Shown: positions 12,438-27,955 of the stretch, in pieces
How positions within the stretch are numbered: position 1 is the stretch's first letter
Layout of the letters: each line of letters starts with the position of its first letter
Assembly (NCBI GenBank): GCA_964016885.1
Contig: OZ024753.1
Span: 40,734,001 to 40,798,000, forward strand
Source: Eledone cirrhosa
Lineage: Eukaryota
Length of the DNA: 64,000 nucleotides
Direction: 5' to 3'
Program-made: the position numbers and the translations under genes
Notes under the pieces: model-generated
Databases searched by the model: none
Told to the model about the DNA's origin: nothing
Seen by the model: the letters and a program-made list of their open reading frames with translations, nothing else

Positions 12438-12450
12438 GATAAATCTACCA

Positions 12451-12651
12451 AGTCATAGTTCTTTCGTCACACACTCTGTGACCTCTTCAGTGACTGGGGA
12501 TTTCTTTCTTCGTTTCTGTGCCTTTCCTTTCTTCTATCCTACGCCATTTTCAAAATGGCGTAGGATAGAAGAAAGGAAAGGCACAGAAACGAAGAAAGAA
12601 ATCCCCAGTCACTGAAGAGGTCACAGAGTGTGTGACGAAAGAACTATGACT
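12451..12651. repeat. Perfect palindrome, 100-bp arms, 1-nt loop
   Basis: Axis at c12551 (cgccatttt-c-aaaatggcg). Confidence 0.95.
12607..12651 (+). ncRNA. Putative minimal hammerhead ribozyme (mirror copy at 12451-12495 on -)
   Basis: agtca-CTGAAGA-g-gtcaca/tgtgac-GAAA-gaac-TA-tgact; stem I agtca/tgact is perfect. Confidence 0.6.
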
Positions 12652-12817
12652 ATATATATATAAACAACTATCTGGTTGTGGAACCAACCAACCAACCAGA
12701 AATTTATAAATTTGTAAATTTATAAATATATATTAAATTAAATTGAAGTGAAAGCAACTGGTGCGTGTGTTTCTTATTGGCAACATGACCCTCCCAAAGT
12801 ATAACAATAAATATATA

Positions 12818-12877
12818 GTAATAATGATAAATGTGAAGACTAAAATCCAAAGAGGGCTCGATAAAGATATCAAATAT
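12818..12877 (+). repeat. Family C cassette fragment
   Basis: gtaataatgataaatgtgaagactaaaatccaaagagggctcgataa matches 28663-28710. Confidence 0.8.
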
Positions 12878-13011
12878 ACATACATACACACACACACAAT
12901 ATATATATATATATATATATTCGTAAATAGGGATAGGATCACAAAGATATCTCTCTTTCACACTCGTTATTTCAATCACTCCTTCTCTCTCTCTTTTTCT
13001 CTCTCTCTCTA

Positions 13012-13071
<60 letters not shown>

Positions 13072-13118
13072 AAATTTGAAAGGGGACAAAAACATATATA
13101 TATATACATGGACACACT

Positions 13119-13265
13119 AGAAGGGGAAGACCAAGGTTAACGTATGTTGATGCCCTAAGGACAGACACTGGTCTGTTGGAGACGCAGGACATGGCAGCGA
13201 TAATGAGGGACAGAGACCGCTGGAGAGAACTCGTCCATGGATCTCGGGAATTTTACCCGCCTTAG
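13119..13265 (+). mobile_element. RTE-clade LINE 3' end, heavily 5'-truncated
   Basis: Open 48-codon stretch RRGRPRLTYVDALRTDTGLLETQDMAAIMRDRDRWRELVHGSREFYPP* carries the RGRP..DR..W signature. Confidence 0.8.
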
Positions 13266-13275
13266 ATAGATATAT

Positions 13276-13438
13276 AACGAATAAAGTGCGGTAAGGAACC
13301 AGATGAACCATAACGCACCAGAGTACTCAATACTGGGTAGTAGAGTGGGTAATAGGAAAAGAGTCGGGACCCCGACGGCTGAGCTCCGGCCGTTTCGACA
13401 GCTAGGTCTGAACAGTTCAGACCGAGCTGCCGAAACGT
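13276..13438 (-). mobile_element. Family B cassette with a short fold-back stub
   Basis: aacgaat..ggtaaggaaccag..gtactcaatact..gacggctgagctccggccgtttcgacagct followed by inverted agctgccgaaacg. Confidence 0.85.
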
Positions 13439-13929
13439 CTCTATATATGTTGGCTTATCTACACCAGCACATACACTTCTATTTACGATCAATTACATAA
13501 TATATCAGCCTTTATGCGAGTATCATCATCATCATCACCATCATCATCATCACCACCATCACCATCATCATCATCATTATTATTATTATTATTATTAGAC
13601 TCTTACAGTAAAGTACAAACACAATTAGTCTGTAGACAACAGGGAAATCAACTAAATTGGTGAATCTCTATAAAATACACGTGTCTCCTTTTGAAGCGAT
13701 GATTTCTTTCTTGTTTTTCTTCATTCTCTCTTTTTTGTCTTTTTAGTTTTTTTAGTTTCTTTTATTAGATTAATGGTATCATTATTTTTTCATTTTATAT
13801 TTTTGTGTGTTTTATAAATTTCACGTATATTTTTTTCTTTATTCTTGACAATTGCTTCTTTCCAATCTCATCATTGATTGATTTTTTCCAATTCTACTCC
13901 GTCATTACATTATCATTATTAGAAAGAAT

Positions 13930-14330
13930 GGCGGTGGATTGGCAGAATCAGTAGAGAGTCGGACGCCATGCTTTGACACATAGAGTTACGGCCCTTGCCA
14001 TTCTGAGTTCAAAGCCCGCCAAGGTTAACTTTGCCTTTCATCCTTACGGGGTCGATAAAATAAAGTACCAGTAATACACTGGGATAATTGCTGGCATTGT
14101 GCCAAAAGTAGAAACAATTATCATTATTAGAAAAAAATGGCGGTGGATTGGCAGAATCAGTAGAGGGTCGGACACCATGCTTTTCAGCATAGAGTTACGG
14201 CTCTTTACGGTCTGAGTTCAAATCCCGCCGAGGTTAACTTTGCCTTTCATCCTTACGGGGTCGATAAAATAAAGTACCAGTAATGTACTTGGTTAATTGC
14301 TGGCCTTGTGCCAAAAGTAGTAACAAATAT
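13930..14330 (+). mobile_element. Two head-to-tail full-length SINEs (13930-14120 and 14139-14330)
   Basis: Both are preceded by tatcattattagaaa, and tattagaaaga recurs after the second copy. Confidence 0.92.
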
Positions 14331-14420
14331 TAGAAAGATACTACTTTCTATATATTTATATTTTGTTTTATCTAACCTCTCTTTTCCCTCTCTTCCCCTC
14401 TCTCTCTTTTTCTCTCTCTT

Positions 14421-14454
<34 letters not shown>

Positions 14455-14960
14455 AGCTAGTCTTCCAGAGGAAGAGAGAGAAACTCATGAATGTTATCCA
14501 ACTATCATGTTCGGGTTTAATCCTGGGTCTCTTGACGGTTGGTTTCGCCCTTAAAATCTATCCAGCGATTCTTTCCTGAGATATTCTAACCCCAGACCAA
14601 TGGTATCCGGAGCAGTGATCTTCAATTCTAGTATGTCAATCAACTACATACTAGAAGTAGCAGTCAAATCTCCCACATATAAAACATAACATATAGTCTT
14701 TAAAGAGAAGGAATATCAGATAATGGAAATCCTAAGATTTCTAATCCTGAAGATAGAATTAAAGACCAACATCAGAAATGTTTTGATCAACATTTTGAAC
14801 CGTTTTTTACCTGGGGCTAAACAACGAGGAACAACACCAGATAAAAAAAATTGTACGAAATCTATATTTCGTAGCCGTAGAAGATTGCTCGTTGTAAATT
14901 AAGTTATATTTAGTTGTGCAAAATAGCATACACAATAGCACAGCTGTAACGTTGGTTACT

Positions 14961-14976
14961 GCCACCAGATGGCAGC
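14961..14976 (+). promoter_or_regulatory. Candidate CTCF binding site
   Basis: gccaccagatggcagc fits the CCACYAGRKGGCRS core and lies in non-repetitive sequence; motif match only. Confidence 0.35.
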
Positions 14977-15104
14977 CCTGATCTTAATGTCTGCTGCAAC
15001 ATTGCATGTATTAATGGTCCTAGTATAAGTGATGTGCTGATTACCAATAAACATTTATTGATTTTCTGTTTAGATTTGTTAACATCTCCCATGATAATCT
15101 ACTT

Positions 15105-15161
<57 letters not shown>

Positions 15162-15250
15162 ATCTCTCTCTTTTCTCTCTCTCTCTTTCTCTCTCTCTCT
15201 TTTTTCTCTCTCACCCTCTCTGTGCGCATGCATATAAGTGTGTGTGTGTG

Positions 15251-15291
<41 letters not shown>

Positions 15292-15411
15292 ATAATGGTA
15301 ACACTTTCTCGGAATTCAAGAGATATAGAGTTCGATTCTCTGTAATGGTTGGTGGCCAATTTTTTCCTGTTCCTAAGGAAATTTCAGCCGATTTGCTATC
15401 GCTATTAACTT

Positions 15412-15448
<37 letters not shown>

Positions 15449-15535
15449 AGGAGGTGAGTTTTATTGTAGTACAATAAAGCAATGCAGATATCGGATAAGA
15501 AGCACTCTACAGTTTGTAGGACTGGAGTATACATA

Positions 15536-15623
15536 ATATATAAGATCAAAAGATGGTTAAATGAGTTCCATGTATTTTATAAAATACATGGAACTCATTT
15601 AACCATCTTTTGATCTTATATAT
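15536..15623. repeat. Perfect loopless palindrome (44-bp arms) running into (TA)n
   Basis: Axis at 15579/15580 (tgtattttataaaataca). Confidence 0.93.
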
Positions 15624-15629
15624 ATATAT

Positions 15630-15742
15630 ACGATATTAACAAATGGAAATTATATTTATAAAACCATATTTATTTCATTATACATATTTCAAGGATACCA
15701 AATTAAATTATGGTATGCCTTCATCAAACAAAATACAATATA
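15630..15742 (-). mobile_element. Family A cassette (hammerhead core mutated to TTGATGA)
   Basis: Reverse complement of 18262-18372. Confidence 0.8.
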
Positions 15743-16785
15743 TACCAGTTTTATAAATATATATACATATCGCACTCTCCATCCCTCTGTATAGTGAGAA
15801 AATGGGGTCCCACGTGCTGTCCTCCCCAGAGTCCCAGTGGACTTGAATAGATGAGGTGTTTCACCAGAGAATGGTCAGGGAGATGCGCTGGAAGAGCCAT
15901 TCCATGTATGTGTTATAGTGGGGGAATGGATGACGTTTAAAGTGCAAAGTATTCCATAGTAAATATTAGACAGAAAGAACAGAAGTAAATATCACAAACC
16001 ATCCCATTAAACTGTCTAAATATTCCGCCAGTCTATTACCGCAAACCTGCAATCTATTTATCAACTAGAGTACACTCTAATATATCAACCAGTTCACCAT
16101 CTTTCATTCCATCAACTATTATTACTTCAATTCTGTAATTCTCTCATCTATTCCGTTATTCTTTATGTTCTATAATTCTGTCAATCCTTCGGTTATATTT
16201 ATGTATATATTTGTTTGTTTTCCAGTTCTGCATTCCAGTCATTCTTCTATTCATTATTTATTATTCCAGGTCCCCATTCCACTTATTTCTTAATCTCATC
16301 TCTTCTCTTAATTAATTATTCTTTCAGTAATTTTTTTTGACGTGACATCCCTCATTTCATCCTCTATGTTCTTTTCTTTATTTCAATCTTCATTCACATA
16401 ATTTTTCTTTTCAATCTTGACCTTTCTCGTCCTTTGTTTGATTTCTTATAAACTTCTACTGACATTTCTCCTTAGTTAGCATAAAAAATAAAATTTCTAA
16501 AGGCATCCAACAATGTCTCCGCTCTTCCTTCTTTCTCCAGCGTTTTCCAAATTAACTAAATCACCTATAGTCAGACATTTTAGACTGTATACAAAATAAA
16601 AGGCTATCCAAATAATTTGCACGAGTATGTACTACTCTAGTACATACTAGTGCACGTGTGTGAGGGTAGGGGTGGGTGGAAGTGCGTGTGTGTGTGTGTA
16701 TACATGTTGTGTCTGTGTGTTTGTCTGCCTATGTATATATCGGGGTCTCTGTCCTTATGTTTGACTGTTTTCTCCCTCCCTCCTA

Positions 16786-16819
<34 letters not shown>

Positions 16820-16839
16820 CCCATCTCTCTCTCTCTCTC

Positions 16840-16940
<101 letters not shown>

Positions 16941-17531
16941 CTAACCTTATATCAATCTGCCTTTATTCTAAACACCCCTTCACTATTCAGTTCCCATCTG
17001 TGCGACATTTCTTTTCCATTTGATTATTACAACTTTATCTTTTCCACCATTTTCTCCATTCCATAGTCTCATCGTCCTTTTCTTTTTTCTTTCTTTCGAC
17101 ATTTCTTTCTACTTCTTTCACTTCCTTATTCTTTCTTTCTCTATCACATCTTTCTTTTCTTCCTTATTTCTTCCTTTATCTCTTCCTTCATTACAATTCT
17201 TCTCTTTTTTTCTTTACATATCATTTTTTAGAACTTTCTGTCCATCTGTCTCTTTCAAAAATTGTATTCCCTATATTTGTCTTGTGTTATTCTTTCCATT
17301 TCTTCTTTCTTTCTACCCCTTTTTCTTTTATTCACACGTTTCAGTTTTGTCTTTCTTTATTTTCATCCACCCATCTTTCTTTATTTTTCTGTTTAATTTA
17401 AGTTAGTTTCGCTTTCTTTTAACAAATGTATGTTCTAACTCTGTATCTACTAAACACCCCATATCGGTTGCATATTTTCATACCTTTCCTATATATATAT
17501 ATAGCTCAGCCGTTGTGGTCTTGACTCTTTT

Positions 17532-17578
<47 letters not shown>

Positions 17579-17776
17579 TTTAAAATCCAAAGTCAATAAA
17601 TACGCCCGCCAGGTGTTTTCATTCTGATGATTGAAAGCAACATTTTTTTGCTTTTAAGAAACCACTGGTAAATGATATACTTACCTTATGTTGTTTATTA
17701 CATAACTATTAAGCTCTGTTACCTACATAGAGCACTCTTTTTTTCCTGGACTTTTCCGACGGAATTACTTAATTCA

Positions 17777-17913
<137 letters not shown>

Positions 17914-18047
17914 GGAAAAGAGTCAAGACCACGAGGGCTGAGCTCCGGCCGTATTTGGTGAAAAACTGGTATTATACCCAATTTATTCAACGAATGTTGA
18001 GAGCTTTCTCCTGCTTGCTCCTGTTTTTACCAAAACAATCTCTTCAG

Positions 18048-18082
<35 letters not shown>

Positions 18083-18103
18083 TGTATGTATATATATAGT
18101 ATG

Positions 18104-18186
<83 letters not shown>

Positions 18187-18226
18187 TATCCGGATGGCCT
18201 CCAAAAGCAACGGTCACATTTTAAAA

Positions 18227-18372
18227 GGGTACGTCAATGTCTATTTATAAAACTGTTATATATTGTATTTTGTCTGATGAAGGCATACCATAATGTAACT
18301 TGGTATCCTTGAAATATATATAATGAAATAAATATGGTTTTATAAATATAGTTTCCATTTATTAATATTGTA
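18227..18372 (+). mobile_element. Family A cassette with hammerhead-like motif at 18268-18328
   Basis: ttttgt-CTGATGA-aggcatacca/tggtatcctt-GAAA-tatata-TA-atgaaa; the 3' end runs into (TA)n. Confidence 0.8.
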
Positions 18373-18383
18373 TATATATATAA

Positions 18384-18463
<80 letters not shown>

Positions 18464-19096
18464 ATACATTCATTTATTATGGCTATTTGTGAGCTTTGTT
18501 ACTCTAAAGTTTCACCTGCGCACACACAGGATCAAACTCTACCCCTCTCTATATCAATTACCACCAAACTCTCCCCCTCTCTATATCTATATCTATCTCT
18601 CCCATCTGTCTCTACATAACATGTACATAAATTGCAGCGCATCTACAAATAGATGTGTGTTTTGGTAGTTTTGGGGAGTAAAATATAATTATTGAGGGGG
18701 CATGAACCCTTGGTCCCCCACCAGTTCCTCCGACCCTAGACCTTGAGTATTCCTAGTAGTAGAATGTATGGTGTTGATTTTGACGACTAAATTATTTGTG
18801 GTGATAGTAGGGATACTGATGACGTACATGTGTGCATACGGTAATAAATATGTCTGGTTGCGCATGTGTACAGACATGCGTGAATGTGTGTATGATTGTA
18901 TGGCTTGTGTGTTTTTGTATATGTATGTACATATATATATATGTTTGCGTATGTGTGGGTATGTGTGCGTATGTGAGTTTTTGTGCATGTGCATGTGAGT
19001 GTGTGCGTGTCTGTGTGTCTGAGTGTGTGAGTATGTGTGCGTGTGTCTGTGTGTGTGTGAGTATATGTGTGCTTGTCTATGTATGTGTGTATGTGC

Positions 19097-19130
<34 letters not shown>

Positions 19131-19556
19131 CTCTGTGTGTCTGTGTGAGTATGTGTATATGAGTGTGTGTTTGTTCTGTGTGTGTTTTGGTGAAAGAACT
19201 TTGCCATCGGTGAAATTGTGTCCTCTAGTAATCAAACAGAGGACGATGAAACTAGTGTTGGGGGTGGAGTATGATGGTGACTAGGGTGGTGGTATTCAGA
19301 ATGATGTAGGTGGCGCTGGTCGTTGGGGAGATGATGGAGGCGAAGAAGAAAAAAACCCAGAGAAACAGACAGAAGTAGAGACATACGGACAAGGAAGGGC
19401 ACGGGCAGTTAAATCGTGCAGAGCCAGGCAAAGAGGAGAGTGAGCTGTCCCAAGTGTAACCTGCCATGGATATGTTTGACCAAGCAAGTTGTTAGTTAGT
19501 TCAACATGGGCCATCTGCTGAAGGGACAACACCAACAAAGAATGGCAGAATGGGGG

Positions 19557-19610
<54 letters not shown>

Positions 19611-20184
19611 AGAGAGAGAGAGACAGAGAGAGAGAAACAGAGAGAGACAGACAGACAAACAGAGAGAGAGACAGAGATACAGAGAGATAGAGAGAGAGAG
19701 AGATTGAGAGACAGACCTGCTTACATACAGACATAGAGAGAAAGTCAGATAGACAGAGAAAGAGAGAGAGAGGAAAAAAAAGAGAGAGAGAGAGAGAGGG
19801 GGTCAGACAGACAGACAGAAGTAAAGGACTATTAAGGGTGAGGAAGGGTGGGAAGAGGAGGAGGATGGAGGTGTGAGGGGGGGGGGGGGGATTATACACA
19901 AGGGGCAGACAAATATATTTGAACTTCTGTTCCCCAAATTCAATGTTATATGTTACTTGTGGGGTGGTTGGTTCAAACCCTTACAAAACAATGTGTGCAA
20001 TAAAACGGTGGAATCGGGGGTAAGGAGTCGGGTGTGGTGTGGTGTGGTGTGGTGTGGGTGGGGTAGGATGGGGTAGGATGGAGTGGTGTGGAGTCTGTTG
20101 GGTGAATTGATGAAGGAAAGGAGGAATGACAGGTGTGATGAATAAATAAATAAATAAGTCAATAAATGAATTAAATGTGAGAGT

Positions 20185-20240
<56 letters not shown>

Positions 20241-20424
20241 AAGGGAGAGACAGATACTCGTGGTTGTGTGTGTGTGTGTGTGGGGAGGTGGGTTAAGTAA
20301 GAGAGAGAGAGAGGGGAAGTTAGAGGGAGAGAGAAATGACTTAAATGTATCGAAAGAGATTTTGAATTTTGGCATTGAGATAGATAGATGACAAATGAAC
20401 GTATATGTGTATGTGTAGGTGTGT

Positions 20425-20543
<119 letters not shown>

Positions 20544-20598
20544 TATATATATATACATGCATATATATGTACATATATATGGATGTATAGATACATGG

Positions 20599-20635
<37 letters not shown>

Positions 20636-20704
20636 TACACATATATGGATATATATATATATATACATATATATGTACACATATATGGATATATAGATAC
20701 ATGG

Positions 20705-20788
<84 letters not shown>

Positions 20789-20820
20789 CTTGATTATTTG
20801 ATAGACAGATAGACAGATAG

Positions 20821-20919
<99 letters not shown>

Positions 20920-21309
20920 TACAGACAATCTGCCTGATGACTGGACAGATGGTTGAGTCGTTGGTTGGATGAATGTTTTGGTTGATGAGGTAAGATTGAT
21001 GAGCAGATTGACAGAAGACGTACAAATATGATAGGAATTAGGGGCTGTCTCCCCCAAAAGTGAAAAGATAAAATATTGGATGAAATTGAAAACAAAGAAA
21101 TGTAAATTAAATGAAAGATGGCCGAATTATGAAAGAATATTTTAGAAAAATGGCAAAATATATTTTAAGGAAAGAAAATATTATATGGAAAATGAGAATA
21201 AGAATGTATTTTCCTTCCAGTGTTCCTAAGATTGATGAAATAGTTTCTGAATAAGAAACAAGGCCTAGAATTTGGGTTGAGGAAAAAGGCGAATGTGAAG
21301 TATTTTTGA

Positions 21310-21700
21310 AGGTACATGGTTTAGTGGTTAGAGCATTGGGCTTGGAATCGAAAGGTTGTGAGTTCGATTTTCGGACCGGGTGATGTTGTGTTCTTGAGCA
21401 AAACACTTTATTTCACGTTGCTCCAGTTTACTCAGCTGTAGAAATGAGTTGCCATCCTGCCAAATCAATGGGTGGCAGTAGTTCCAGTTGCACACATCTA
21501 AAGACTGGTGTAGTGGTTCTGAGAACAATGCGGCTTTGCAGATGATCAATGGAAATTGACAATGGAAAGGCGCTCCCGCTCGAGTTAGAAGAGAACTATT
21601 GACCTTTAAGAGAAGCAGCGACCCCTGATTGTATTCAGCAACCGAAACTATATGAAGTACACCAAACCCAATGTTCCTAGGGGTGGCCCTGGTTCTTTTT
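21310..21700 (+). mobile_element. Second tRNA-derived SINE type (CORE/V-like central region)
   Basis: A-box tggtttagtgg, B-box gagttcgatt, then ttgtgttcttgagcaaaacacttta..ctcagctgtagaaatgagt; the 3' boundary is approximate. Confidence 0.7.
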
Positions 21701-21761
21701 TTTTTGCGAGTGTAAACTCGGACAGATTCGATTCGATTTGGAAAAGTGATTAAATCGAACC

Positions 21762-21885
21762 TTATTTTATCGACTTCATAATGATATAAGGTAAAGATAA
21801 ACACTGCGGGATTTGAACTCAGAACGTAAAGAGACGTAACTATATGTCGAAAATTATGTTGTCCACCGCTCTACCGATTCTGCCA
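21762..21885 (-). mobile_element. SINE (main family), diverged
   Basis: ttattttatcgac..gggatttgaactcagaacgtaaa..ctctaccgattctgcca. Confidence 0.8.
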
Positions 21886-22819
21886 TCATGCTGTAAAAAT
21901 CTCTGTTTTGCACACTAATCCCCTTTTCCCGATACCTGACCAACATATTTTTTTGTTTCTTGTGTATGTGCGTTTGTATGAGTGTGTGTGAGAATGTGTG
22001 TGTGTGAATGTGTATGTATGTCTGTGCGTGTGTATGTGTTAGTGTGTGTGTTTATGTGAGTATGTCTATATGTGTATGTGTGTGTGTGTTCGTGTATTTG
22101 TGTGTGTGTGAGGGTCTGTGTTTGTGTCTGGAAACTACAATTTAATATATCTTTGGATCTCGTATATAATTTAAATTTTTTGAAAAACATTATTTTCCAT
22201 TCTGTTTCATTAAGAAAATTACAAAACAACAACATCTATGTTGTTTTTATTTGTTGTTTGATTGTTGATGTTTACTGTTCGTTTTTTTCTTTTTTCTTTT
22301 TCTTTTTCTTTTTCTTTTTCTTTTTCTTTTTCTTTTTCTTTTTCTTTTTCTTTTTTGCTGTCTTATTTTTATTTTTCACTTTTTTTGTGTTTTTCTAATC
22401 TTTTAATCTTCTTGTGGTATTAAGGAAGATTGAGGCAGCAGTATTGGCAGAAGGTCCGCTACACATTGTCCAACGGCAAGCAATTAACCCTTCCCCCATC
22501 CCACCAGTCTCTCCGATCTGTGTCTGTTATGTAGTGTCGTTTAATTTCCATGTGTTGTGAGGTGTGTCGTATTCTTGTTTTGTTTTATGTGTTCTGCTAT
22601 CTGTTGTCTTGTTTTTTTCTGATCATATGTTGTCTTCTGCCATGCTTGGGACATTTTTTTTTTTTTTTGGGTGGGGTCTGGTTTTCTTTCTATATTCTGT
22701 GTATGTCGAGTTTGTGTTTTGACATGTTGTTGTGTAGTGTGTCTTGTTCTTGTTTAATCTGTTGTTCTGTAAGTTATCTTGTTTTGTATTCATACAATAC
22801 ACCATGTTTCTTTGCCTTC

Positions 22820-23250
22820 ATGTATTGTGTTGCGTTGTGTATCGCCTGTTTGTGTTCTATTGGTGACGTCTGCTTGCTTCCATATTGTGTTGTGTTGTGT
22901 TGTGTATCGTCTTCTTGTGTTCTATTGCTGTCGTCTGCTTGCTTCCATATTGTGTTGTGTTGTGTTGTATATCGCCTGTTTGTGTTCTATTGGTGACGTC
23001 TGCTTGTTTCCATATTGTGTTGTGTTGTGTATCGTCTTCTTGTGTTCTATTGCTGTCGTCTGCTTGTTTTCATGGTTTTATGTTGTGTATCGACTTCTTC
23101 TGATCTATTGGTGTCGTCTGCTTGTTTTCATGATGTATTGTGTTGAGTATCATCTTCTTATGTTGTATTGGTATCGTCTGCTTCTTTTCATGTTGTGTTG
23201 TGCTGATTTCGTAGTTTTTATTTTCATATATTGTGTTGAGTATCGTACAT
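22820..23250 (+). repeat. Degenerate tandem repeat of about 60 bp
   Basis: Recurrent tattgtgttgtgttgtgtatcg..tgtgttctattg..cgtctgcttg, with two alternating variants. Confidence 0.8.
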
Positions 23251-23454
23251 TTTTCTCATAAGAGAAACATGCACGATATCCCCCCACCAGCAGACGTATG
23301 ATAAAAGCTATTCTAGCTGACAAGATCCTGTCTGTTTTACAGTTTTCCTTCGAACATGTCGTACCTTGGAATATATTATTTAATGTGTACTTTCAACTTT
23401 TCATACAGGAGTGATTTGAAAGATATTTAACTGCTATATATATACATACATACT

Positions 23455-23488
<34 letters not shown>

Positions 23489-23663
23489 CACATATATATA
23501 TATGTGTGTGTGTGTATGTATGTATATATATATACATACATACACACACACACACATATATATATGTGTATATATATATATATATATACGTATATATATA
23601 TGTGTGTGTGTGTGTGTGAGTATGTATGTATATATATATATACATACATACTCACACACACAC

Positions 23664-23731
<68 letters not shown>

Positions 23732-23846
23732 TGTACATTTATCATTGTCCAATGTAATGCAGCCTTCTATTTTATCTTTGATTTTAAAGATCGTTGTTTA
23801 CTATTTCTAACTGATCGGGGAGGTGAATATTCACCAGTCGTTTCAA

Positions 23847-23927
<81 letters not shown>

Positions 23928-24444
23928 GTGGTGGTGGTGGTGATGGTGGTAAATTTAGACGAGTAAAAGCGAAAGTAGGAGAAGGAGGAGAGGAAAGGAG
24001 AGGAGCAGAAAAAAAGAAGGGTGAGTATAAGAGAGGTGAGGGAGAGGGGTGATGGGATTGCGTGTGGTGTAGGCCAAAGCGGGCTGGCGAGGTTAAGTGA
24101 GTGTGGAATGGGGTGGGGAGAGGCTAGTCTATAAAAGAGACCTGCATATAGAGACTGCAACGGGACGAGAGAATGGATGGCATTGTATGAATAAATATTA
24201 ACAAACAACCAACAACCCAGATGGAATTTAGAACACAGTGAATATATGTAACCACAACAGATGACACTCTAAACAAAAGATGATTTAAACCCGTCAGAAG
24301 GCGTCTGTGATAGTGTGTGTCTGTGTGTGTGAGTGTCTGTGTGTGTATGTGCGTGTGTGTGTGTCTGTGTGTGTAAATAGAAATGGACACACGCACCATA
24401 TATACATACATACATATGTACATAGATATATACATATCTCCTTT

Positions 24445-24484
<40 letters not shown>

Positions 24485-24643
24485 TATACATATATATATA
24501 TATACATATAAACGCACACACAATCACGCTCATACACATATAATCACTCACACAAATACGCGCGCGCGCACACACGCACACACACACACAGATAGATAGG
24601 GATAGATGGACAGAGCTAGAAAGAGAGAGAAAGAGAAAGATAT

Positions 24644-24700
<57 letters not shown>

Positions 24701-24924
24701 CAGAAAGAGACGTATAGCTATACAAAGCGACAGATTTATAGTCAGATATTCATGTGTTTCTTGTCCGAAGATAGGTAGCTAGAGAGAGCTATTCTCGTAT
24801 CACTGGCCAAATTCATATGAAAGAAGAAGTAGCAAGGAAGCTATCAATTACAACTTCCCCGATAATTCTTCCACAAACTGCTTGTTACATGTTCAAGATT
24901 TTATTGATATATATTCTAAATCAT

Positions 24925-25058
24925 TGGATTGGCCGTATCAGTAGAGCGTCGCATTACATTCTTTGTGGCATATTGTTACATCCCTTTACAATCTGAGTTC
25001 AAATCTCGTCGAGGTTAACTGCATTTTTTCGGGGTCGATAAAGTAAAGTACCAGTAAC
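24925..25058 (+). mobile_element. SINE (main family), 3'-truncated
   Basis: tggattggccgtatcagtagagcgtcg..ctgagttcaaatctcgtcgaggttaact..ggggtcgataaagtaaagtaccagtaa. Confidence 0.8.
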
Positions 25059-25061
25059 GCA

Positions 25062-25528
25062 TATGTTCTAAATTGACTTATATATAATGCAAGGTGCGTT
25101 CTTAATTGTTTTATACATATAATACAAGGTACTTTCTTAATCGTCTTATATAATACAAGGTACGTTCTTAATTGTCTTATATAATACAAGGTACTTTCTT
25201 AATTGTCTTATATAATACAAGGTACGTTCTTAATTGTCTTATATAATACAAGGTGCGTTCTTAATTGTCTTATATAATACAAGGTACTTTCTTAATTGTC
25301 TTATATAATACAAGGTGCGTTCTTAATTGTCTTATATAATACAAGGTGCGTTCTTAATTGTCTTATATAATACAAGGTACGTTCTTAATTGTCTTATATA
25401 ATACAAGGTGCGTTCTTAATTGTCTTATATAATACAAGGTGCGTTCTTAATTGTCTTATATAATACAAGGTACGTTCTTAATTGTCTTATATATAACATA
25501 CAAGGTACTTTCTTAATTGTCTTATATA
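25062..25528 (+). repeat. 31-bp tandem array (about 15 copies)
   Basis: Unit ttcttaattgtcttatataatacaaggtgcg. Confidence 0.92.
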
Positions 25529-25545
25529 AAAGTGGCTGAGATTTC

Positions 25546-26491
<946 letters not shown>

Positions 26492-26843
26492 CTACGTTTA
26501 CGCGGCTTTTTCTTCCATTTTTTTTTTTTTTTTCTATTTTTCAAACAAAGGCGTAGACGAGTTATGAATACTTCATGTATGTATATCTGTATAGAGTGAA
26601 ATCAAACTGGCGTCCATCTGTTGTGTAGCGACTCACTGTAACAACTTGCAATATTGCAACTATGTACTGCAGAAGCTAATCTTAGAAAACTGTCATTGTT
26701 ACTGCATCACCTTTCGGTTGTCTCTTCTTCAAGTCTTGTTATCAAACGTGGCGTTTCATATACAAAATGGACAACATATGGCTGATTATAAAAGACGGTT
26801 TTTTAATCCGCTTTATCTCTATATAAATAAATATAAAAATATG

Positions 26844-26888
<45 letters not shown>

Positions 26889-26970
26889 ATATGTATATAT
26901 GTATATATATATGTATATATGTATATATATGTGTGTGTATATATATATATGTATATATGTATATATGTAT

Positions 26971-27002
<32 letters not shown>

Positions 27003-27196
27003 GTATATATGTATATATATATATATATATATATGTATATAAATGTATATATATATGTATATAAATATATATATATATGTATATAAATATATATATATAT
27101 ATGTATATAAATGTATATAAATCTATATACATATATATAAATATATATATATATAAATCTATATATATATATAAATCTATATATAAATCTATATAC

Positions 27197-27229
<33 letters not shown>

Positions 27230-27235
27230 AATTTC

Positions 27236-27357
<122 letters not shown>

Positions 27358-27426
27358 GATATGAGTATCTATACGTATATATATATATTTATTTATATAC
27401 GCATTTATATTTACACACACACACAC

Positions 27427-27463
<37 letters not shown>

Positions 27464-27468
27464 CATAC

Positions 27469-27586
<118 letters not shown>

Positions 27587-27955
27587 GAAAGTTTGAGCCT
27601 CCTCTTGAACAGGAACATTATATCTAATGGATGTGAAAATCGGATAAAATGCCCCTCATTACAGAAAGACAGTTGAAAGAATCGTGTGCCTGGAGTTGAG
27701 CCTTGCATGTCTCGAATGCCATATGAGTGCGTTAGCCACAGCTGTTTGTGTGCTCATGTATTTTTGTGAGTGTATATGCGAAAGTTTGCGTTGTCACTGC
27801 ATTGGTGTTTGGATAACGAAACTGTAGAAATACAATATGGCCAGAGATAGGAAGCGTTTGAATTCAACCAAGGTGGGGTTTCTGCAATGGCAGTGAGAGG
27901 GCCCTAGGTTTGTGATGTTAGATCTTGGATATGTAGGCAGAGTAGTCATAGACTT

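Noticed and set aside
13930-14120. Functional tRNA genes
   Set aside because: The A/B-box motifs belong to SINE heads; no complete cloverleaf is evident.
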